From positions 79,093 to 143,092 of the forward strand of contig CALSSJ010000018.1 in assembly GCA_943788985.1 (NCBI GenBank): a stretch of DNA of 64,000 bases, given 5' to 3'. The position numbers and the translations under genes were made by a program. Numbering within the stretch: position 1 is the stretch's first letter; each line of letters opens with the position of its first letter. Shown piece by piece: positions 29,683-40,100 of the stretch. Source of the stretch: an uncultured Lentisphaerales bacterium (lineage in GTDB: Bacteria; Verrucomicrobiota; Lentisphaeria; JABSQK01; UBA12247). The notes beneath the pieces are model-generated. The model searched no databases. It saw only the letters and a program-made list of their open reading frames with translations, and had not been told where the DNA came from.

Positions 29683-30534
29683 ATGAATAGAACGCTCTCG
29701 ATTTTTCTGTGCACATTCATCGCGATTGGCGTCGCGACCGCCGCGGACAACAAGCCTGTAAAGGCGCCAATTGTTGGCTATTCCGATACACCGCAGCTTC
29801 CATCCGGCTGGCGGGTGCACGACATCGACCGACCGCAGCCCAAGGTGGTCACCCCTGCAGCCAAGCCGGGGGGGGCACCATCCGACGCTATCATTCTGTT
29901 CGACGGGACAGACTTGGCCAGCTGGGTTGGCCGCAAGCAAGAAAACCCTAAGAAGAAGAGGTACAACGCCAAGGGCGAGGCGCTGTGGAAAGTGGCGAAT
30001 GACTATATGGAGGTCACGTCGACTGGCGGGATCAGGACCCGACAGAAGTTTGGCGATTGCCAGCTTCATATCGAGTGGCAGACGGAGAATCCGCCCCGTG
30101 GCGATTCTCAGCACCGCGGCAACAGCGGTGTGTTCTTTATGGGCCGCTACGAGATGCAGGTGCTGGATTGCTACGAAAACCGTACTTACGCTGACGGCTC
30201 CGCCGGTTGTATCTACGGGCAGACTGCACCGCTGGTCAATGCCTGTCGCAAGCCAGGCGAGTGGCAGGTGTACGACATTATTTTTCAGGCCCCCCGGTTC
30301 AAGGATGGCAAGCTTGTTTCACCCGCCTACATGACGACCTTCTTCAACGGTGTCCTGGTGCAGCACAAGACTGAGCTGCTTGGCCCAACCACGCATAAGC
30401 GGCTGCCGAAATACAAAGCCCATGGGGCGAAGGAATCGATTTCCCTGCAGGATCACGGCAATCCCACACGCTTTCGCAATATCTGGATTCGCGAGCTAAA
30501 TCTCGTAGAGAGCACTGGCAAGAAGGGAGAATAA
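29683..30534 (+). CDS. DUF1080 (3-keto-disaccharide hydrolase-like) secreted protein
   Basis: APSDAIILFDG, FGDCQLHIEW, GNSGVF, YEMQVLD, GEWQVYDI, LQDHGNPTRFRNIW. Confidence 0.88.
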   Translation: MNRTLSIFLCTFIAIGVATAADNKPVKAPIVGYSDTPQLPSGWRVHDIDRPQPKVVTPAAKPGGAPSDAIILFDGTDLASWVGRKQENPKKKRYNAKGEALWKVANDYMEVTSTGGIRTRQKFGDCQLHIEWQTENPPRGDSQHRGNSGVFFMGRYEMQVLDCYENRTYADGSAGCIYGQTAPLVNACRKPGEWQVYDIIFQAPRFKDGKLVSPAYMTTFFNGVLVQHKTELLGPTTHKRLPKYKAHGAKESISLQDHGNPTRFRNIWIRELNLVESTGKKGE

Positions 30535-30756
30535 CGGCTCAATTCTTGTTGCTGCAGATGGGATCTACACCAGGCTTGCTGTTTCATCTTGGCTATCGGT
30601 ATGGCCTTGGGACAAACTGTTGCGGCGGTCTGCTCTTTGGCGACAACCGTGGCATTCAACGTGCCAGATCCACCGCCGGACTACCAACCTGGCGATGAGT
30701 GGAGTTTTATCTACAACGCCCGCTGAATCTGGGGGGCATGTTTAGTAAGAGCGCGT

Positions 30757-31000
30757 ATGGACCTGATGCGGTGGGGTAGGGGCCTCTATGAGCATGCTGT
30801 GGGCGGCTGGCTGAACCCGCTTGGGTTGGACGCGCACACTGATGCACGCAAAGTGCTGAAGAAAGATGAGTGGAATCGGATCACCATCCAAGCAGTGGGC
30901 GACACCATCAAGACCTGGCTAAATCACGTGCCAGCTGCGCACTGGAAAACCGATAAATACACGCAGGGCTTCTTTAGTCTGGGAGCGCAGACGGGCCGCC
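30757..31000 (+). pseudogene. DUF1080 fragment
   Basis: GLYEH..GGWL..KDEWNRITIQAVGDTIKTWLN..GFFSL; lacks the N-terminus and the final motifs. Confidence 0.55.
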
Positions 31001-31027
31001 TGCATTCTTCCTCGTTTCGGCGGCAAT

Positions 31028-32125
31028 CTAAATCAGGTCGCGAATGCAGTCCTGCATCTCAGCTTCTGCCTCTTCGATTCGAGCCACTAGCGCAAATTGC
31101 GCCCGAGCCCGATCCAGATTCTGACCAGGGCGATGTGTCCGAAAGTAGCTGTCGCCACTCAGATGGTCCGCTAGAAAGCGCACGCCGATCTCGTACGTGA
31201 TCAATTGCGTCGAGAATGGCAATTGGCGAATTTCCTCGGGCCAAAGCTCGTGCCCGGCCGCTTCCAAGTAGCCACGGGCTAGCGCAGAGAACATCTCCAT
31301 GCGCACGTGCACGCGGCTCACATCGACCTCATCTTCTTCGGCCGGGCTTAGGAACGTGCGGCCCAGGTCGCCAAAGTCGTAGTGGGTCAAGCCAGGCATC
31401 AGTGTATCGAGGTCGATCACACATACCGCCTCATCGGTCTCGCTGTCCAGCAGCACGTTGCCGAGCTTGGCATCGTTGTGGCTCACGCGCTCTGGGATCT
31501 TACCGTCCCGTTGCAGGTCCAACAGGCGCGAGGCCTGGGACTTACGGGCAAGCGCAAAGTCGATCGCGTCGCGCGATGAAGCGACACGTCCTACGGCATC
31601 CGCAGCCACGGCTCGCTCCAGAGCGGAAACGCGTCCCGGTGTATCATGAAAGCCTGGAATCGTTTCATGCAGGCGCTCTCCCGGCAGGTCCGTGAGCCAT
31701 GCTTGCAGCTGGCCAAAGGCTCGTGCTGCCTGATAGGCTTGCTCCGGCCGCTCGCAGACCTCAAAGCTGAGGGTGCGTTCGATAAAAGGAGAAACGCGCC
31801 ACAGCGCACCGGTCTCATCCTCCCACGCAAACCTTCCGTCGCGCGTCGGGATCAGCGATAGCACCCCTCTGCTCGTCCCAACAGGGCAGGGGCCCAGTTT
31901 CGAGCGTACGTGGCGAATCACGCGTTCAAAATTCTCCATGATTGCCCAGCCATCGTGGAACACATCGGGGTTGATGCGCTGCATAATATAGCGCACCTCA
32001 GTCCCCGCCTGGCTAAAGACGGCCAGAAAGCTGTCATTGATGTGACCATTGCCAAAGCGTTCAATAGAGACCAGTTCACCATGCAACCAAAACTGGTCGC
32101 AGACTTTCTCTGGCGAATGAATCAT
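31028..32125 (-). CDS. Aminoglycoside phosphotransferase-family kinase (N-acetylhexosamine 1-kinase-like)
   Basis: GNGHINDSF, QRIN, LHETIPGFHDT, HNDAKLGNVL, IDLDTLMPG, YDFGD. Confidence 0.85.
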   Translation of the reverse strand: MIHSPEKVCDQFWLHGELVSIERFGNGHINDSFLAVFSQAGTEVRYIMQRINPDVFHDGWAIMENFERVIRHVRSKLGPCPVGTSRGVLSLIPTRDGRFAWEDETGALWRVSPFIERTLSFEVCERPEQAYQAARAFGQLQAWLTDLPGERLHETIPGFHDTPGRVSALERAVAADAVGRVASSRDAIDFALARKSQASRLLDLQRDGKIPERVSHNDAKLGNVLLDSETDEAVCVIDLDTLMPGLTHYDFGDLGRTFLSPAEEDEVDVSRVHVRMEMFSALARGYLEAAGHELWPEEIRQLPFSTQLITYEIGVRFLADHLSGDSYFRTHRPGQNLDRARAQFALVARIEEAEAEMQDCIRDLI

Positions 32126-32349
32126 GGGGGAGGCTCGCAAGTGGGGGCGCATCGCATCGCGTCGCGCGCGACGCAAAAGCTAAGAACAGTACAGACGCCT
32201 GCCTCTCTGGCAATTCCAATGCGTCGATTAAGGCAATGTAGGGCCTCGGTACGGCGGGAGCACTTCATCAAAGCGCGCCATCGGTTTCCTCTGCGACCAG
32301 ATCGAGATTACGGCCCATACGGCGTCGATCTGCCAGCGCGGTATCCGCG

Positions 32350-32658
32350 TTAGCGATCCATAGTCACTTCGGTGCGTCGTAGTGCAAACGGCCAGTGAGG
32401 GACTTTGCGGCCAGAAGTCATCAGCATGATGCGGTCAATGGGCTGCTGCGAAATGACGCCGCATTTGCTGAGCACACTCTCCAGCGAGAGATAAAGCAAG
32501 CAGCCATTTCGTAGCTGCGCGGCGGCATGATGAAGCACCAGCGCGGTAGGGACATCCGTCCTTCCATTCAGATAGAGCCCGCGACACACACACACGCTCC
32601 AATATCCCGGTTTTTTCCGCGCGATTGAGCAACGCCGTGCAGCGAGCCGTCCAGACAA
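32350..32658 (-). pseudogene. AbiEi-family antitoxin/regulator remnant (type IV toxin-antitoxin)
   Basis: GILERVC..RGLYLN and YLSLESVLS..GVISQQP.DRI.LMTSGR; frameshifted and truncated, with no adjacent toxin gene. Confidence 0.55.
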
Positions 32659-32877
32659 CTCCGGTAATGCCAGACGAAGATCTGTCGTCGAGAGCAGGTA
32701 CCGCTGCGGGCTTTGGTTGCATGACTAAACTGCACAATAGGTTGCGAACAGTGAAACCTATTGTTCGTCAAGCCCTATGCCTTGCACAACGAGGACGCGA
32801 AAGAGGCATGAAAGCTTGACTCAAAACCTAGTTAAGTTATCATATTCCGGAATAGCAAAACCAGTGTATTAGTTCAT

Positions 32878-34588
32878 ATGTTCGGGCTTGCTGCGGTTGG
32901 TACTTTCGACTCGACGGCAGTCTCGCAACTGTTTCTTGCCGTGGCGCTTATTCTGGGCGTGGCCCGGATTCCCGGTGAAGTTGCGTGCGCGTTTGGGCAG
33001 CCACCGATCGTCGGGGAAATTGCGGCTGGCGTCGTGCTCGGGAAGACGGTGCTGGGACGTGTCAGTCCGGATCTCTATGATCGGTTCTTCGGGGAGCAGC
33101 TTGGTAGTGCAGCGGATATTGGCCTGCAGGCGTTGTTGACGCTGGCGGCGGCGATGTTGCTGCTGGTGGCTGGTCTGGAGGTGGACCTGAGGGCGATCCG
33201 CCGTGAGCGCAAGGCCACGATCTGCGTGTCCTTCGCCAGCATGTTGCTGCCGTTTGGAATCGGTTTTTTGTTCGCCTGGTTCCTGCCTGGCCTGCTCGCA
33301 CATGGCGGCGACAATCGTCTGGTCTTTTCGCTTTTCATTGGTATCGCGCTGTCGATCACCGCCTTGCCTGTAATCGCCAAGATCCTGATGGACCTGGGAC
33401 TGCAGCGCTCAGATATGGGCGTGGTGGTTTTGGCCTCGGCGGTGGTCAATGACTTGGTTGGTTGGATCGGGTTTGCCTCGGTGCTGGCCTTGGCTGGGGC
33501 GGGCACGGGAAATAGCCTCTGGGGGACGATTGGCTTGACGGTCGGGTTTGCGGGAAATGTGCCTGACTATCGGCCGCAAGATGGCAGCGCCGTTTTTGAC
33601 CTGGGTGCAGGCCCATGGTGGCTGGCCGACGGGCGTGTTGGGGACGGTCTTTTTGCTGGCCTTTCTGGCATCAGCGTTTACGGAGTGGATTGGCGTGCAC
33701 GCGATCTTCGGCGCTTTCCTGGCTGGCGTGCTTTTTGCAGACACTGGGCGACTGCGTGGGCGCACATAGCAGAGCATCGAAGACATCGTCGGTGCGGTGT
33801 TCGCTCCGCTGTTCTTCGCATCCATCGCGCTGAAGGTGGACTTTCTCAGCAACTTCAACCTAGTCGCTGTGGTTGTTGTGCTGATTATCGCTGTGACAGG
33901 CAAGCTTGTCGGCGGCTGGGTTGGAGCGCGCATCGCCGGGATGGGGCAGCGCGAGAGCGCAGCGGTCGGCGCCGGCATGACGGCTCGTGGGGCCATGGAG
34001 ATTATTCTGGCGGAGCTCGCGGCGGAGGCGGGCAGCATCGGCGATGATCTGTTCGTGGCGATCGTCATCATGTCGCTCATTACCAGCATCATCGCGGGGC
34101 CGGCGATTGAAGGCATTCTTAGGCGCAGTGGCAAGGTGTCTTGCCTATCCTACCTCACAAGCGACACCATTCGGCTCAAAATGGCGGCCACGAACATAGA
34201 GGAGGCGATCCGTGAGTTGGCGGAAGCAGCCGGTGTGTCGGAGGCGGCGCTTGCCGAAGCACTCAATCGGGAGGATGAGATGCCTACGGGCATGCCGGGC
34301 GGCTGGGCGCTACCGCACTGGCGACACGCAGATATCAAAACGCCAATACTGGCGATTGGCACCTGTCCGAACAGTATCGACTTTATGGCGACAGACGGTA
34401 CGGAGGCGTCAGTCATCGTATTTCTGGCAACGCCAGCGGAGGCCGGTGATACACAGCTGAAGATTCTTGCTGCCCTAGCCCGGGCCTTCAGCCAGAATCG
34501 AACCCGTACCGACCTCCTGACTGCGAACTCGGCAACCGAGGTGAAGGCGGCCCTGCGGGTTGCGGAATCCGCAAACCAGCACAGCTGA
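32878..34588 (+). CDS. CPA2 cation:proton antiporter fused to PTS EIIA domain (frameshift near 33556 and in-frame TAG at 33767)
   Basis: GQPPIVGEIAAGVVLG, ALSITALPVIAKIL, HAIFGAFLAG, GMTARGAMEII; C-terminal REDEMPTG..WALPH..QLKILAALAR. Confidence 0.75.
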
Positions 34589-34651
34589 TCGAAGCAGCAA
34601 AAACCCAAGATCGCTCGCTCCTCAACAACTGTGCCGGCTGAAGTTTTGCTC

Positions 34652-36049
34652 TCAGTGGTCGGGGTGATCACCGAACGTCACCTCGAAGCCCAGCCAGATG
34701 CCATGAGCACGACCGTCGGGGAGAAAGTCGGCGTCGTCCAGGTTGTACTGCAGACGCAGACGCGTGCGCTGCGTAGGGCGATAGGTGAGTAGTGGCGAGA
34801 TGCGGCTCCGGTCTCCACGTGCCGGATCTAGATTACGATCGAAGAGCTGGCCTCCCTCGGCGCTGTCTACAGTTCCGCTGGCGTAGTCGTAGCGCACACC
34901 CAGGCCCCAGGCATCGGTCATGTTGTAGAGAAACTGAGTGTAAATGCCCCAATCCTCGAGTGTCTCCGCAGGCAGGTCGATGTTGATGTCATCCGACGGA
35001 TCAGGGGTGCCGAGGTCGTCGAAGAGGGCGACCGCGTTGGTGTGATACTCACGCTTCATGATCTCGGTCTGCCAACTCCATCGGCCATTGTCGGCGGCAA
35101 CGCGATAGTCGAGACCGTAAATCCAAGTGGCGGTGTCGGACGCATGTCCGTTGCGCCCCCACATGGTCGAGATGCCGAGTTTACCGACCGGCAGTTGGCT
35201 GCCCCAGCGGAGTGTGTACATAAGATCATCCATGCTGCCCACTTCGCTGTCGTGAAACGAGCGGCCGCCGATTCCCTCTTCGCCAAAGCCTGCTGGAAAC
35301 TCTTCTTTCTCCTCTTCCTCGCCATGAGCGTGGCCGCCAGGTTCGCCGCGAAAGCTTAGTGCCTGATCATCGGAATTCTGCGCGGTGAGCGAGAATCCGT
35401 GCCAGCCCAGACGCAGCCCCGAACCGCGGGTTCCTTCGCCGCCAAACAGCCGGCTGTTGACCACGGGTTGGTCCAGAAAGTCCCAGGTTTCCAGATGCCC
35501 TGGGTTGATCCGGCCAAACTCAGTGAAGAAGTAGCCAAGCTTGAGGTCAAGATCGCCAACCTCGGTGGTGACGAACGCTTCTTCGAGCTCTACGCCATCC
35601 TCGCGGAAGATGACATAGCTCTGGGCCTCGAAGGGGCCAACTTTCCCATTTACGGCGAGTTCAAACTGTTGCAGGTTGAAGCCGCGCTTACGTGGATCGT
35701 GCGCGCCAGCCTGGAGTTTTTCCATAACGCTTTGCGCTTCATCACCGCCACCGACAGCGACGTTAAGCACTCCAGACACGGTGACCTGTTCCTCACCGTG
35801 GCCGGCATGGTAGTCATGATTCTCTTCTGCTACACCGTGGGCGGCATGCTCGCAATGAGCATGATCCTCTTGCTCTTCTTCTTGATAATGCGCGAGCTGC
35901 TCTGTCAGGGAGTTGATCTTCCCGTCTTTGGCAGTGACTTGTTGTTGGAGTTGGCGAACAGCGGCCTCGAGGGCAGCCAGGCGATCTTCGACGGGTGCGG
36001 AGTTCGCAAAAATTGAGAGTGTCGCGAATGCAACAAATAGAATACGCAT
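34652..36049 (-). CDS. Outer-membrane beta-barrel resembling zinc-regulated receptors/porins, with coiled-coil and His-rich N-terminus
   Basis: Signal peptide, coiled coil, His/Glu-rich tract, HDP..RGFNLQQFEL, FTEFGRINP.H, RLRLQYN and terminal FGDHPDH. Confidence 0.72.
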   Translation of the reverse strand: MRILFVAFATLSIFANSAPVEDRLAALEAAVRQLQQQVTAKDGKINSLTEQLAHYQEEEQEDHAHCEHAAHGVAEENHDYHAGHGEEQVTVSGVLNVAVGGGDEAQSVMEKLQAGAHDPRKRGFNLQQFELAVNGKVGPFEAQSYVIFREDGVELEEAFVTTEVGDLDLKLGYFFTEFGRINPGHLETWDFLDQPVVNSRLFGGEGTRGSGLRLGWHGFSLTAQNSDDQALSFRGEPGGHAHGEEEEKEEFPAGFGEEGIGGRSFHDSEVGSMDDLMYTLRWGSQLPVGKLGISTMWGRNGHASDTATWIYGLDYRVAADNGRWSWQTEIMKREYHTNAVALFDDLGTPDPSDDINIDLPAETLEDWGIYTQFLYNMTDAWGLGVRYDYASGTVDSAEGGQLFDRNLDPARGDRSRISPLLTYRPTQRTRLRLQYNLDDADFLPDGRAHGIWLGFEVTFGDHPDH

Positions 36050-36118
36050 GGGAAATCCTTTCTAAATAGGGACAGGATCGCTCGCTGGCGATGCGTCACG
36101 TGTAGGATCGCCAGCGAG

Positions 36119-36550
36119 TCAGGTCATTGGGGAAGAGAACGGGGAGACGAGTCGCTTGGGCGGCCCCCGTGCGCAGGGAATGATGACCATGCTGCTGCGA
36201 CCCTGCAGGCGATAGGCGCTGTGGTCGCGGCTTGTTGCGAACTCCGCAAGCTCCGCTGGGGGGACGGCGGTAGCGAGCAGGATGCTTTGGCAGAGCGTGC
36301 AACTCGCGGAGTCATGGCCGTGGCAATCACTGGGAAGAGTAAGACCGTCATCCGCTTCTCGGGCGTGGACATGGTCATGACAATCACTCGGAAGAGAAAG
36401 CCCCTCAGTAACTTCGTGGGCGTGCTCATGCCCGTGGTGAGCGTGACTGTGGACACCGGGATGATGCAGACAGTCGTGTAGAGCAGGCAGTAGCGTGCTG
36501 GCGGAGAAGAGTCCGAGGGCACAGAAAAATGATAGAAGACGTGCTGACAT
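36119..36550 (-). CDS. His/Cys-rich DUF2946-like small protein
   Basis: Hydrophobic N-terminus, HHPGVHSHAHHGHEHAH, a duplicated L(S/T)LPSDCH, CTLCQ and the terminal ARGPP motif. Confidence 0.72.
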   Translation of the reverse strand: MSARLLSFFCALGLFSASTLLPALHDCLHHPGVHSHAHHGHEHAHEVTEGLSLPSDCHDHVHAREADDGLTLPSDCHGHDSASCTLCQSILLATAVPPAELAEFATSRDHSAYRLQGRSSMVIIPCARGPPKRLVSPFSSPMT

Positions 36551-36571
36551 AATGATAATCTATTCTCATTA
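36550..36571. promoter_or_regulatory. Fur-family operator-like inverted repeat
   Basis: TAATGATAAT-CT-ATTCTCATTA is a 10-2-10 inverted repeat with one mismatch. It resembles the Fur box AATGATAAT-N-ATTATCATT and abuts the start codon of the metal-uptake pair. Confidence 0.65.
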
Positions 36572-37144
36572 GTGTCGCGCGCAAGGTGCCTAGCGCCAAC
36601 TATGGCTCGGGTGCTTCGCGACCCTTCGCCACCAGGGCGATCAGCTCACGCACTTATGGCGCCGGTGCAAGCAAAAAAGAAGTAAATAGTTCTATGTTCT
36701 CGCCCAGCACTCATGAGGTATCGCGAACCGACTTGCCGGCACCGCCTGGCAGTTCTTAAAGCGAGAAAGCTATGTGCACGGTCCACTTTGGTGCTGGAAG
36801 CCCGACCGCTCTCATATCGCTGAAATGCCAAACCTTGTAGTGATATCGATCAACAAATTCCTTAAATGCCTTAGGTTTGTTATTTCATGTACCGCCGCCT
36901 TGGGGGAGTCCGATTCACTTCCCGTATGTGCGCGCTTTGTCCGTATTAATCCCAGCAGCCAGATTGGCCGCGACACCGTCAGCATTTTCCGCCCCAGTGC
37001 ACGCCTGCAGGGGCAAACGCGCGGCCCAGATTTCTTTCCCTGAACACGCACACCTCTCGGCTTCCCCCATAAAACGGAGACGCCAATGTGCTAGCTAGGA
37101 ACCGACTTCCAAGGTCCCTGCGAAGGTAACCCAAGGCAGCAAAC

Positions 37145-40100
37145 CTACCAACTGAGAGTAGCAGGCTGCTCGACGTAAATCCAGTAGCCCTTGCCTTCTT
37201 CCAGCACGTCCACTGTTTCGTGCCGATCGCCATTCTGCGCACGGGCGACTGCCCCTGCGGGAACAGCTTGCGTGGCCCCGACCCCGACGACATTCCAGCC
37301 GGGATCCAGTGAGACTGATCCGGAGGACCGCTCACCGAGTAGAGTGACGCTGGTTGCGTTTCCTGAGTGAAAGACCAAGTATCCACTGCCCACTTCGATC
37401 GTATCAGTCTGAGCCCAGTCATCGTCGATGAGAGCCATGACTTGATTCGCGGTTGGGAAGACCAGTGATGCCGCGGGTTGCAAGGGCGTCAGCGGCACGC
37501 TGACCAAGTTCCAGCCTGGGTTGAGCAGGATGGTGGCGGACTCCACTACCGCTTCACTGCTACCGCCTTGCCGCATCGTTCCCGTAAGCATAGTGCTGGT
37601 CTCGAAAGATCGGAAGCTGGCGCCATCAGCAGAACGAATTGGTCTTGGACCATTCGGGTTGGGCTTCACCGTCGTGAGTCCTACCGCGATACTGGAAGAG
37701 CGAACGTCGACGGCACGAATGTTGAAGACGCTCGCACTGGACCAAGAGCCAATGAGATCTGCATCCAAGTCCTCACTGAAGGTAAAGAGGTCGTCCACGA
37801 TCTTCGTTTGCCACAGATTGCCGGCAGCCGGGGGCGTATTTGTTGGCGAGTCAAACGTGATCTCCAAGGAATCGCCATCACTCAGCACACCATCGTTGTT
37901 GCCATCTGAGACAAAGCTGGTGATTCTGGGGGTAGCCGTCGGGTTGGGAATGGTGGCGATGGCGTCCTGCAGAGTCCCAAACAGGATGCTGCCACGAACG
38001 CGGAGTGGGTAGCCGGGGCCTGTCGGTGGCGTGTAGCTGTGCAAGGGGGCACCACCGTTCACAGACACGGTATAGGTGGTCCCGTCCAACGCGACGGTAA
38101 TCTCATCGCCCACAGCGTAGGTACCGATGTGTCTGGTGTAGCGTCCTGGCGGGGTGTGGTAGGTATGCAGGGTGTCACCGCGCTCGAGTGTAACGCCAAA
38201 TTCCAGAGTGGTTACCTCATGGTAGGGCCCGATCACGACATTGGTCTGTGAGGTAAACCCAATGGCCCTAATCTCATCGGTCGCGTTGGCAGTGATGGTC
38301 ACGGACGCACTGCCAGCCGCAAGAATGGAGCTGCTGTGTGCACCGGCCTTCCAGAGATCATCGCCCAGAGCGAATGTTTCGCGCGTAAGAGTGTGCCCAT
38401 AGATCGTGGCATCCACCGCGTCAACCCACGCCACCCGGTTGAGTATGCCGAAGGTGCCTTCGAGCACGGGAGAGGCGCTGTCGGCTGGGCTTCCGGGATC
38501 GACTGCGTCGAGGATCGGCCGGGTTCCAGCAGGCTTGACCCGAAGCTTTCCAATCTCAATACCTGCCGCGTTGGTGACATCTGCAATCTCAATCTGGAAG
38601 GTGTGGGCGTTGATCCAACGACCATTGTACGACGCCCCAAAATTCTGAAGGCCGCCATTGAAGAGGTTCTCGATGGTGAACAACTCGTCTACCCCAGCCT
38701 GACCGACATAGTTGCCGCCATGCCCGCCACGATCTGTATCCGTGCCGAAGGTGATCTGAAAATAGTCGCCCGCGGAATAGGTATCGTCTTGGTGGTCAAA
38801 ATCCCCGGCGATGAAGCTGGAAATTACCGGCCGCTTGGTCCAACTGATGCGCGTGTTATACAGCACGGCGCCTTGCGTCGCCAGATTCGCGCACGCCAAG
38901 ACCGGGTACACGTCATTCGTGACGGCCCGGGGCGATGTATAGAGGCGGATACCGTTCAAGGTAATAATGCGCAGTCCACCGCTGTATTCCATACGAATGA
39001 CGTCATCTGGTGACACGACTGCGAGTGGCTGGCTGACCGTGATCCCGTTGTCGACGGGTAGCAGGTGGCTTGTAGCGTTGGTGATGCGCACGCCAAACTC
39101 GTAGCCTTCGATTACGATGTTTCCATGCTGATTGATCGCGCGGAGGCTTCGAGGCTGGACAAATCCAACCACCAGTGAATGATCAGAGTTCCCAACTGTA
39201 AACTGGACGAAACCATCACCGGCGCTGAGGCTTGAGGAAGAACAACCTAACGGGTCCCATTCATTGGCGCTAGCGCTGCCTACCAAGCTGTTGTCTGCGT
39301 CTACGACTGCCTCACGCACGCCATCCCAAACAATCGGAACGCCGTTCTCGTCTTTCGCAAACAAGCCCTGAAGTACGGCGAAGCCGTTCGCCTGTGGACT
39401 GAAATTTGTAGGCCCTTCCTGCTTGATCGGCAGGGTTCCTGCTGCGGTGACTGTGGTGACTCCCGACTCAAGCGTTGCATCCTCATCATCGGTCACACTA
39501 ATTACGTACGTAGTAGAGTTTGTCCAACCGGCCTGGTATGCGTCGCCGATATCTGCATCAAACGTCCACAACTGATTAACAACGCTGCTGCCGTGCGGTC
39601 CGCTCCCACCTGGCTGGTCACAGGCTCGGGTCATGGTGATCGTCAGCAGATAGTCAATGCCAGCAAGGCCCGGATCGCTCTGGATCAGGCTGCGTGGCTC
39701 AGGCGGCGACGAGATAATGGCATTGGAAACAGTCTGCGCCTCGGTTTTATGGATGTAGGCATCGACATAGAACGGCAGGTCGCGTTCTACGGCTACCGCA
39801 GAGCGCTGGCTTGTGTAGCGTACAGTATCGTTCACAAGATACTGCACCTGTTGCGTACGGGTGAGGGCTACCCGAATCTCATCTCCATCGTTCCAGGTTC
39901 CGAAGGTACCGACGAGTCCCTGATCCTCCCAGACTTGGAACAATCCGCTGCCGGCGAGTTGGGCACCATAGAGAATGTCGGTCTTGAGGACGCCAGTATC
40001 CGCGCGGGTAAAGCCGAAGATCCGGTTACCGCTGCGTGAGGTAGCGATGAACTCGATGTAGGCGTCGGCCCGCGTGCCTCGGGCAATGCACTGTTGCGAG

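Noticed and set aside
36600..37100. Riboswitch or gene in the 600-bp gap between the adhesin and the metal-uptake genes
   Set aside because: No cobalamin or other riboswitch motif was recognised. A minus-strand frame with stops looks vaguely protein-like but could not be assigned.
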